From the NCBI GenBank assembly GCA_046734915.1, contig JBKPSC010000081.1, positions 1 to 45,029 on the forward strand: a stretch of 45,029 nucleotides of DNA, read 5' to 3'. Within the stretch, counting starts at the first letter, position 1. Each line of letters begins with the position of its first letter. Shown here piece by piece: positions 17,154 through 24,502 of this stretch. Under the pieces are notes generated by a model. That model ran no database searches and was not told where the DNA came from. It worked only from the letters and a program-made list of their open reading frames with translations. The stretch is from Acidobacteriota bacterium (GTDB lineage Bacteria; Acidobacteriota; Vicinamibacteria; Vicinamibacterales; CAVVIG01). Position numbers and translations under genes: made by a program.

Positions 17154-18677
17154 ATGAGTGACGCGGATGCGGCGAAGGTGGATTTGTCCAAAGGCGTCGA
17201 TGTGTCGTCGCTGCACGACGGCGGATCCATGCTCGGTCGTGTCGGGGAGGACGAGGTCGTGATCGCGCGATCGGGCGACGAGATCTTCGCCGTCGGCGCG
17301 CACTGCACGCATTATCACGGCCCGCTTGCCGACGGGCTGATCGTGGGAGACACGGTGCGGTGCCCGTGGCATCACGCCTGCTTCAGCCTTCGCACCGGCG
17401 AGGCGCTGCGCGCGCCGGCGCTCGATCCGGTCGCCTGCTGGCGCGTCGAACGTCAGGGGTCGAAGGTGTTCGTTCGACAGAAACAACCGGATGTGGTCCG
17501 GCCGGCCACCCGTGCGACGGCCGACGCCCCATCGTCGGTCGTCATCGTCGGCGGAGGCGGCGCCGGGGCGGCGGCGGCGGAGATGCTGCGGCGCGAGGGC
17601 TATGACGGTCCAATCACGATGATCAGCGCCGACGCCGACCCGCCGAGCGATCGACCCAACCTGTCCAAGGATTATCTCGCTGGTACGGCGCAGGATGACT
17701 GGATTCCGCTCAGGCCGGCTGAGTTCTACACCGAGAATCGCATCGAGCTCCTGCTCCAATCACCGGTGGCGAGCATCGATCTGGCAGCGCGCCAGGTGGT
17801 GCTTGGCGATGGCACGCGCCGGCCGTTCGGCGCACTGCTCCTGGCGACCGGCGCCGATCCCGTTCGCCTGCCAATCCCTGGCGCGGACGCGCCGCACGTT
17901 CACTACTTGCGGTCGTTCGGCGACAGCCGCGCGATTGTCAAAGCCGCGGGCTCCGCCTCGCGAGCGGTCGTCGTCGGCGGGAGCTTCATCGGTCTCGAGG
18001 TCGCCGCGTCGCTGCGAGCCCGCAACATCCCGGTGGACGTCGTGGCGCCGGAGCACGTGCCGCTCGAACGCATCATGGGCCTCGAGGTCGGCCGCTTCAT
18101 CCAGAGTCTTCACGAAAGCCGCGGCGTTGTCTTCCATCTTGGCGAGACGGTGACGAACATCGACAGGCGGTCCGTGAAACTGAGCGGCGGGCAGACACTG
18201 GATGCCGACGTCGTCGTCATGGGGGTGGGCGTCCGTCCGGCGACGACGCTCGCCGAGCGGGCCGGTCTCACCGTCGATCGTGGCATCCTCGTCAACGAGT
18301 GGCTCGAGACGAGTGCGCCGGGAATCTATGCGGCCGGCGACGTCGCGCGCTATCCGGACGCCCGCTCCGGCGAGCGGATCCGAATCGAGCACTGGGTGGT
18401 GGCGGAACGACAGGGACAAACCGCCGCGCGCAACATGCTCGGCCGGCGAGAGCGGTTCGACGCGGTCCCCTTCTTCTGGAGCCAGCACTATGACGTCACG
18501 ATCAACTACGTCGGGCACGCCGAACGCTGGGATGCGACCACGATGAGCGGTTCGCTCGAAGATCGCGACTGCTCGATCCGATTCTTGAACGGCGGTCGGC
18601 AGTCAGCCGTCGTGACCGTCTTCCGCGATCGCGAAAGCCTCGAAGCCGAAGTCGCGATGGAACGTGAAACTCCGTAG
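17154..18677 (+). CDS. Rieske [2Fe-2S] domain fused to FAD/NAD(P)-dependent pyridine-nucleotide-disulfide-family reductase (AIF/ferredoxin-reductase-like)
   Basis: CTHYHG...CPWHHACF is the Rieske motif. VVIVGGGGAGAAAA and VVVGGSFIGLEVAA are dinucleotide folds. GIYAAGDV is present. Confidence 0.9.
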   Translation: MSDADAAKVDLSKGVDVSSLHDGGSMLGRVGEDEVVIARSGDEIFAVGAHCTHYHGPLADGLIVGDTVRCPWHHACFSLRTGEALRAPALDPVACWRVERQGSKVFVRQKQPDVVRPATRATADAPSSVVIVGGGGAGAAAAEMLRREGYDGPITMISADADPPSDRPNLSKDYLAGTAQDDWIPLRPAEFYTENRIELLLQSPVASIDLAARQVVLGDGTRRPFGALLLATGADPVRLPIPGADAPHVHYLRSFGDSRAIVKAAGSASRAVVVGGSFIGLEVAASLRARNIPVDVVAPEHVPLERIMGLEVGRFIQSLHESRGVVFHLGETVTNIDRRSVKLSGGQTLDADVVVMGVGVRPATTLAERAGLTVDRGILVNEWLETSAPGIYAAGDVARYPDARSGERIRIEHWVVAERQGQTAARNMLGRRERFDAVPFFWSQHYDVTINYVGHAERWDATTMSGSLEDRDCSIRFLNGGRQSAVVTVFRDRESLEAEVAMERETP

Positions 18678-18692
18678 CGGCGACGGCGGAGC

Positions 18693-19958
18693 TCAGCGCG
18701 GCTTCCGGCGATCGGGGTCCAGATCGGGCAGGAAGGCCGCCAGCAGTCCGATCGCCGGCAGGAACGCACACAGTCCGTAGACCGCCTCGATGCCAATCCG
18801 GTCAGCGAGCTCTCCGAGGGCGGCCGCGCCCAAGCCGCCCATCCCGAACGCGAACCCAAAGAACACGCCCGAGATCAGGCCGACCCGTCCCGGAACGAGT
18901 TCCTGCGCATAGACGACGATGGCCGAGAAGGCGGAGGCGAGGATCAGTCCGATGACCGCCGCCAGGACCGCGGTCCAGAAGAGATTCGCGTGCGGCAGCA
19001 GCAGCGAGAAGGGCAGGACGCCGAGAATCGATCCCCAGATGACCGGCTTTCTGCCGATGCGATCGCCAATGGGTCCGCCGAGAATGGTGCCCGCCGCGAC
19101 TGCCGCGAGGAACAGGAAGAGGTGCAGCTGGGCGCGTTGAACGGAAACGTCGAATTTTTCGATCAGGTAGAACGTGAAATAGCTGCTCAGGCTCGCCAGG
19201 TAGAAGTACTTCGAGAAGATGAGCGCGGCGAGAATCGAAATCGACCAGAAGACGCGCCGCGTCGACACTGGTAACGGACGGGCGCCGACGGCCTTCGCCG
19301 CGTGCTGCCGGAGATGCAAGGCGTGCGTGGCGTACCACCTTCCGATGCGGACGGCCAGCACCATGCCTGCCACCGCGACAAGCGAACACCACACGAGACT
19401 CGACTGGCCGAATGGTGCAACGAGAAACGCGGCCAGCACCGGACCAAGCGACGATCCGATGTTTCCACCGACCTGAAAGACGGACTGGGCAAGGCCGTGG
19501 CGTCCGCCCGACGCCATCCGCGCCACGCGCGACGATTCGGGATGAAAGACCGACGAGCCCACTCCGACGAGGCCGGCGGCCAGCAGGAGCAACGGGTAGG
19601 TCCACGCTATCGACAGCAGCAGCAGGCCCGCGAGCGAGAACCCCATTCCCACGACCAGCGCATAAGGAGCCGGCCGCCGGTCGGTGAGGAATCCAACGAC
19701 CGGCTGCAGCAGTGATGCGGTGAGCATGAGCGCCAGGGTCATGTAGCCGATCTGAGAAAAGCTCAGCGCAAAGGACGCTTTCAGCAGCGGATAGATTGCC
19801 GGGAGCAGCGACTGGATGGTGTCGTTGAGCAGGTGAGACACGCTCACCGCCGCGAGGACCGCGACCGCCGTCGATTCGCGCGATGGGCGGTCGTCGACTG
19901 GTGCGACCGTGGAAACGGTGGCTGCTGCGGGCGAAGTGGACATGACGTGCGTGCCCAT
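18693..19958 (-). CDS. MFS transporter (Fsr-like)
   Basis: 421 aa and polytopic. HLLNDTIQSLLPAIYPLL plus the FHPESSR region resemble the FSR subfamily of MFS. Confidence 0.8.
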   Translation of the reverse strand: MGTHVMSTSPAAATVSTVAPVDDRPSRESTAVAVLAAVSVSHLLNDTIQSLLPAIYPLLKASFALSFSQIGYMTLALMLTASLLQPVVGFLTDRRPAPYALVVGMGFSLAGLLLLSIAWTYPLLLLAAGLVGVGSSVFHPESSRVARMASGGRHGLAQSVFQVGGNIGSSLGPVLAAFLVAPFGQSSLVWCSLVAVAGMVLAVRIGRWYATHALHLRQHAAKAVGARPLPVSTRRVFWSISILAALIFSKYFYLASLSSYFTFYLIEKFDVSVQRAQLHLFLFLAAVAAGTILGGPIGDRIGRKPVIWGSILGVLPFSLLLPHANLFWTAVLAAVIGLILASAFSAIVVYAQELVPGRVGLISGVFFGFAFGMGGLGAAALGELADRIGIEAVYGLCAFLPAIGLLAAFLPDLDPDRRKPR

Positions 19959-20011
19959 TGTACTAACCAGCGTCGTTCTGCCGGTGCATGGCCGGCTTGT
20001 GCAGGGGCTTC

Positions 20012-21124
20012 CTAGCTTGTCTGCGGTTTCGCCGCGCCAACACCCAGGAACAGGCGCATGCGGTCGAGCTCGGAATCGAGCTCTCGGACAAACGCGGGAT
20101 CGTTTGGCAGGTGGTCGACGTAGTTGATGTCGGAATGGAGCCGGCCTTCACGCACTGATACATTGGCCCAACCGATCACCCGGTCGCACCAGAGCAGCGG
20201 CAGTGCGTAGTAGCCGAATTGTCTCTTCGGCGCCGGTGTGTACGCTTCGAACCGATAGGTCCATCCCCACAGAAGCTGAAACCGCCGCCGATCCCAGACG
20301 ACCGGATCGAACGGCGCGAGCAGCCGAACCACTCGTTCTACGCGCCGCGGCACCGAATCGTCTTGCGGCCAATACCAGTCGACGCCCTCGAAGCGCGCAT
20401 GCGCGAGCCGGCGCTTCGCTCGTGCGAGCGCCAACCTGAGGTGCGCCGTCCACTGCGGCGTCGCGTAGCGCAGGCGGTTCACCAGCCAGGCGAGCGTGCC
20501 CTGAGGCAGCGGCGCATACACTCCCACGACGACGTCAATGAGCGCGTCGAGGCGCGATTCGCGCTCGCGGGTGCCGGAAGCGGCTGGCCCGTGGTCGATG
20601 GGGCCATAGAGCCGGACGCCGGCGTCACGCCATACGACCCGTAGCAGTCCGCGGTAATGCATGTCTTCGAGCAGGTGCGTCGTCGCGCTCGACGATCCGC
20701 CCCAGTAGTTGGTGACGGTCCCGTGGGCGAAGTGCGCATCGACGTCGCGAGGGTGGACAGTGCCTTTCTCGCGCACGAAGGTCAGCAGCTCGTCGGTTCG
20801 CCGCCGTTGCGCCGCTGACCGCGAGACCCCGCGTGAACGCGGGTGCATGAGCTTCTGGACGCGATGGCTGACGAAGCCGTAGTTGACGAGGACATCTTCT
20901 TCGACGTCGAGCGTGCGATAGCGGCGCTCGAGATCGCCGGCCCGATACCCCCTGACGCGGTGACGGAGGACGAGGTCCTGGGCCCGCGCCGGCGCGCGAA
21001 TCGGATCGGCCTGGACGAAGCCCAGGCGATGGAGCGCCCGTCCGAGCGTCGTCGGACGGAAGAGGCTGCGCGCCACGGCGTGGCGACGCAAGCGGTCGAG
21101 GGTCAACGTCGGACCGGGGCTCAC
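20012..21124 (-). CDS. Winged-helix DNA glycosylase-like protein, YcaQ/AlkZ (DUF1006) family
   Basis: Contains GFVQADPI, NYWGGSS and FGYYALPLLW, which are family-typical. The longest ORF reaches 21199 but then overlaps the divergent gene. GTG at 21124 gives an N-terminus VSPGPTLTLDRLRRHAV. Confidence 0.75.
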   Translation of the reverse strand: MSPGPTLTLDRLRRHAVARSLFRPTTLGRALHRLGFVQADPIRAPARAQDLVLRHRVRGYRAGDLERRYRTLDVEEDVLVNYGFVSHRVQKLMHPRSRGVSRSAAQRRRTDELLTFVREKGTVHPRDVDAHFAHGTVTNYWGGSSSATTHLLEDMHYRGLLRVVWRDAGVRLYGPIDHGPAASGTRERESRLDALIDVVVGVYAPLPQGTLAWLVNRLRYATPQWTAHLRLALARAKRRLAHARFEGVDWYWPQDDSVPRRVERVVRLLAPFDPVVWDRRRFQLLWGWTYRFEAYTPAPKRQFGYYALPLLWCDRVIGWANVSVREGRLHSDINYVDHLPNDPAFVRELDSELDRMRLFLGVGAAKPQTS

Positions 21125-21188
21125 GCTACAATCGTCCGGTATGGCCGTTCGCTCGACGTCGCGGCTGTCATTCCTCCCCGGGTCCTCG

Positions 21189-21518
21189 ATGCTTCGCACG
21201 CTCGCGGCACACGTGCGCCTGACGCTCCGGTTGCTGCGCGAGCCGGCGGTGCCACTGCTGACGAAAGTCCTGCCCGTGGCCGCCGCACTTTATCTCATCT
21301 CGCCGCTCGACTTCGTGCCTGACGTCCTGCCAATCCTCGGACAGCTCGACGATGCCGGCGTGATGCTGCTCGCCCTCGAGTCCTTCCTCAAGCTCTGTCC
21401 GGACGCGGTCGTCGCTTATCACCGCGAGGCCATGACGGCGGGTCGGCCCTATTCGGCGATGCCGGCGAGCGGCATGGTGATCGACGCTGAGTTCCGGCGG
21501 CACGACGACGTTTCGTAG
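21189..21518 (+). CDS. DUF1232 (YkvA-like) membrane protein
   Basis: ATG at 21189. LYLISPLDFVPDVLPILGQLDDAGV is the DUF1232 core motif. Confidence 0.75.
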   Translation: MLRTLAAHVRLTLRLLREPAVPLLTKVLPVAAALYLISPLDFVPDVLPILGQLDDAGVMLLALESFLKLCPDAVVAYHREAMTAGRPYSAMPASGMVIDAEFRRHDDVS

Positions 21519-21528
21519 ACCGTCGCGC

Positions 21529-22218
21529 CTACCACGACGCGCGGAACGCCACGCCGGGTCGAATGCTGAGACCGTTGTCGAAACCGATGGCCCTGACCTG
21601 GGGTACGACGGAAAACCGCCGGCCCAGCGCGATGTCGACATCCAATCCTGCTTCCGCGGTCACGCCGTAGCTCGTGGCGTCGGTCTCGAGCGTTCGAACA
21701 GGCACCGTCAAGCCGATCGCGAGCAGGTCAGCCGCCGGCAGGAACACCGGAAACTGACTCATCGACTTGAAGTGCATCTGGCTGAAGACGAACGCCGCGC
21801 CGCCAAGATATCCGAGCTGAATGCCGTGCCGCCGTTCCGTGTGATATCCGATGAGCGCGCTGGCGGTCCGCAGCCGCTCGGACGCTTCGACGGTCTCCGT
21901 GTAGGTCAAGGTTTGATTGGCTGCAATCCTGATGACGTCGCTGGACTGATTCGAGTAGCTGACCGAGTCTGGCAGCGACACTTCGAGCCGAACCGTCACG
22001 TGCGGCGTGAGCCACGTACCCACGCCGAAGCCGCCGCCGGCCACCGTGCCGTTCAAGTCCAGGGGCCCTGGAGCGGCGCTGTCAGACTCGACGATCTCGG
22101 TGTGCGTTCTCCGTTCGATGCCGGCAAATGCGGTCCCTTCCACGAATACTGACTGCGCTGCGGCGGGCGCCGTGCAGACGCTCAGACCGAGTGCAAATGC
22201 TGCCAGCAATCTGTTCAT
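21529..22218 (-). CDS. Outer-membrane beta-barrel protein (OmpA-beta/OmpW-like)
   Basis: Signal peptide MNRLLAAFALGLSVCTAPAAAQ. Alternating beta-strand pattern and C-terminal aromatic ...VAFRASW. Confidence 0.65.
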   Translation of the reverse strand: MNRLLAAFALGLSVCTAPAAAQSVFVEGTAFAGIERRTHTEIVESDSAAPGPLDLNGTVAGGGFGVGTWLTPHVTVRLEVSLPDSVSYSNQSSDVIRIAANQTLTYTETVEASERLRTASALIGYHTERRHGIQLGYLGGAAFVFSQMHFKSMSQFPVFLPAADLLAIGLTVPVRTLETDATSYGVTAEAGLDVDIALGRRFSVVPQVRAIGFDNGLSIRPGVAFRASW

Positions 22219-22259
22219 AGCGAGCTACTTTAGTCGACGTCTGGCGGGAAGGGGAAGGA

Positions 22260-22691
22260 CTACGCGCGTTCTTGTGCGCGCACGAGCAGGACTGGAATCT
22301 TGACGAGATGACGGAGGCGATCGACGGTCGTGCCCTTGACGACGTCAGCCAGGAAGCGGTGCCCGTGAGTGGCCATGGCGATGAGGTCCGAGCTTTCGGC
22401 GCTGGCGACGCGGACTAATTCCGTCGCCGGATCGCCCTTGGCGAGCAGGGTGCGAACCGAGAAGCCTTCACCGCGCAGCGTGACCTCGAGCCTGGCCAGG
22501 TACTCGCGGTCGTCGCGCATCTCTTCCGACTCGCGCAGCTGCAGATCGTCGAAGTGCCGCGCCGCCCATCCGTCCGCAACGTGCACGAGAAGCAGCTCGC
22601 CGCCAGTCAGACGCGCGAGATCGCGAACGTGCTTCAAGATTGTGCCGTCCGCGTCCGAATTTTCTATGGCGACCAAGATGCGTTTGTACAT
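22260..22691 (-). CDS. Universal stress protein (UspA family)
   Basis: ATG at 22691 gives MYKRILVAIENSD.... Also LLLVHV and ...IAMATHGH...GTTVDRLRHLVKIPVLLV. The longer ORF would overlap the end of mntH. Confidence 0.85.
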   Translation of the reverse strand: MYKRILVAIENSDADGTILKHVRDLARLTGGELLLVHVADGWAARHFDDLQLRESEEMRDDREYLARLEVTLRGEGFSVRTLLAKGDPATELVRVASAESSDLIAMATHGHRFLADVVKGTTVDRLRHLVKIPVLLVRAQERA

Positions 22692-22723
22692 TCGGACCGG
22701 GCTCGGTGGCTCAGTATATCCAG

Positions 22724-24082
22724 CTACGCGACCAAGTCGGCGATGGTCTGGTAGAGCAGCCACGCGTTCAGCGCGGCGATGACGATGGCCACTGACCAGG
22801 CCAGCAGCTTGACCCAGCCTGGGTTGCTGAACTCGCCCATCTTGGCCTTCTCGCTCGTGAACTGCACGAGCGGGAATACCGCGAACGGAAGCTGAAGGCT
22901 CAGGATCACCTGGCTGAGGATGAGCAGCGGGCCGGTCCCACTTTCGCCGTACAACGAAATCACGATGATCGCCGGGACGATGGCGATGAGACGGGTGATC
23001 AGGCGACGCAGCCAGGGCCGCAGGCGCAGACTGATGAAGCCCTCCATCACAATCTGGCCGGCGAGCGTGCCGGTCAAGGTTGCGTTCTGTCCCGAGAACA
23101 GCAGCGCGAGCGCGAAGACCGTACTCGCCATCGTCGTGCCGAGGAGCGGCGAGAGCAGTTTATAGGCGTCGCCGATGTCAGCGACGTCTTCATATTGCGT
23201 TCCGTGAAACGTCGCGGCGGCCATGACCAGGATGGCGCCGTTGATGAACAGCGCCGACATGAGCGCCACCGACGAATCAATGGTGGAGAAGCGAATCGCC
23301 TCTCGCTTGCTCTCCACATCGTCTCGATACTTCCGCGTCTGCACGATCGACGAGTGCAGGTAGAGGTTGTGCGGCATCACGGTCGCGCCGAGGATGCCGA
23401 TGGCGATGTAGAGCATCTCATGATTGCGGAGGATGTCGGCCTGGGGGATGAACCCGTGCACGACTCCGATCGGATCGGGCCGCGACAGCCAGATCTCAAT
23501 CGCGAACGACCCCGCGATGAGGAGGATGAGCGTGACTACGAGCGCTTCGACGTACCGGAACCCCCGGTTCTGGAGATACAAGACGATCAGTACGTCGAGC
23601 GCGGTGAGACAAACGCCCCAGATGAGCGGCAGACCCACGAGCAGGTTGAGCGCGATGGCGGCGCCGAGCACTTCGGCGAGGTCGCAGGCGGCGATGGCGA
23701 TTTCACACAGGATCCACAAGGCTAACGTCGTGGCCCGGGAGTAGTGGTCGCGGCAGGCCTGCGCGAGATCGCGGCCGCTGGCGATGCCGAGTCTCGCGGC
23801 CAGCGCCTGCAGCAGGATCGCCATCAGATTGGAAATCATGATGACGCTGAGGAGCGTGTAACCGAAGCGGGCGCCGCCAGCGATGTCGGTGGCCCAGTTG
23901 CCCGGGTCCATGTAGCCGACGGCGACGAGATAGCCTGGGCCGGCGAAGGCGAGGAGCTTTCTCCAGAATCCGGCCGAATGGGGGATCTCGACCGAGCCGT
24001 GAACTTCCGGCAGGCTGACCTCGCTCGCGGGCAGCCGCCAGCCTCGCTCAACGGTCTCGCCGTTTCTGGTGCTCGCATCCAT
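22724..24082 (-). CDS. mntH: Nramp-family divalent metal (Mn2+/Fe2+) transporter
   Basis: [20 protein letters not shown] is the Nramp signature. 452 aa and polytopic. Confidence 0.92.
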   Translation of the reverse strand: MDASTRNGETVERGWRLPASEVSLPEVHGSVEIPHSAGFWRKLLAFAGPGYLVAVGYMDPGNWATDIAGGARFGYTLLSVIMISNLMAILLQALAARLGIASGRDLAQACRDHYSRATTLALWILCEIAIAACDLAEVLGAAIALNLLVGLPLIWGVCLTALDVLIVLYLQNRGFRYVEALVVTLILLIAGSFAIEIWLSRPDPIGVVHGFIPQADILRNHEMLYIAIGILGATVMPHNLYLHSSIVQTRKYRDDVESKREAIRFSTIDSSVALMSALFINGAILVMAAATFHGTQYEDVADIGDAYKLLSPLLGTTMASTVFALALLFSGQNATLTGTLAGQIVMEGFISLRLRPWLRRLITRLIAIVPAIIVISLYGESGTGPLLILSQVILSLQLPFAVFPLVQFTSEKAKMGEFSNPGWVKLLAWSVAIVIAALNAWLLYQTIADLVA

Positions 24083-24084
24083 GA

Positions 24085-24100
24085 TTTTGACTAATCAAAA
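24085..24100. promoter_or_regulatory. 6-4-6 inverted repeat TTTTGA-CTAA-TCAAAA abutting the mntH start codon, inside an AT-rich island; candidate metalloregulator operator
   Basis: The inverted repeat is read directly. It begins 3 nt upstream of the mntH ATG (24082-24080). The surrounding 24083-24120 is conspicuously AT-rich and also holds TAGAAT (minus strand) and TTGACT-16-TAGTGT (plus strand). Confidence 0.4.
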
Positions 24101-24162
24101 ACCAATTCTAGTGTAGCACAGCCGGGTTAGGGGCGCTCGCCCAAACTGCACGATCGTTCCGA

Positions 24163-24188
24163 CTCGGGTAGCTGTTACCCGGGTTTTT
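24163..24188 (+). terminator. Intrinsic-terminator-like hairpin plus T5 on the plus strand
   Basis: The stem ctcgggta / tacccggg is 8 bp including one G.U, with loop gctgt, followed by ttttt at 24184-24188. There is no plus-strand gene upstream. Confidence 0.4.
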
Positions 24189-24247
24189 CGGTCAGTGCGC
24201 GGGAATTCTTGGCAAAAGACAGGTCGGGCCTCGCGAAGCGGCCTGGA

Positions 24248-24502
24248 ATGGAAGCTGCCCTGGTCGGAGTCATGGCCAAAGAAGAGGACGAGCAGGCACC
24301 CGCGCGCACGTTGCTGATCGAACAGGCGGCGGCAGTGATGGGAGTTTCGAGGCGCACGGTGTACTACCGAATCCGGGAGGGCCGGCTGGCGACGATCCGC
24401 ACACGCTGCGGGTCGCGCCGCGTGGTTTTCCGATCGCTGGAATCGCTGATACGTGAGGGTGAGCGGAAAATGCCGTTCAGAGACCGAAGCGCTGGCGCTT
24501 GA
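24248..24502 (+). CDS. Small excisionase/MerR-type helix-turn-helix (HTH_17-like) DNA-binding protein
   Basis: LLIEQAAAVMGVSRRTVYYRIREGRLATIR...RVVFRSLESLI matches the Xis/AlpA-type HTH pattern. The start is ambiguous (TTG 24209, ATG 24248, ATG 24272). The 3' end overlaps the convergent activator gene by 26 nt. Confidence 0.6.
   Translation: MEAALVGVMAKEEDEQAPARTLLIEQAAAVMGVSRRTVYYRIREGRLATIRTRCGSRRVVFRSLESLIREGERKMPFRDRSAGA

Noticed and set aside
18693-19958. A functional link between the Fsr-like MFS transporter (fosmidomycin resistance family) and dxr (the fosmidomycin target) at 34348.
   Set aside because: The genes are about 15 kb apart, on opposite strands, with many unrelated genes between them. 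The subfamily assignment of the MFS is only by eye.
24083-24210. A manganese (yybP-ykoY) riboswitch in the mntH leader.
   Set aside because: The minus-strand sequence lacks the conserved GGGGAGUAG/GAGACA-type cores and the four-way junction length. The one strong hairpin carries its T-run on the opposite (plus) strand.
24209-24502. The excisionase-like HTH as a marker of a prophage or integrative element.
   Set aside because: The window has no integrase, recombinase, att-like direct repeats, tRNA target or phage genes. The flanking genes are ordinary chromosomal genes.
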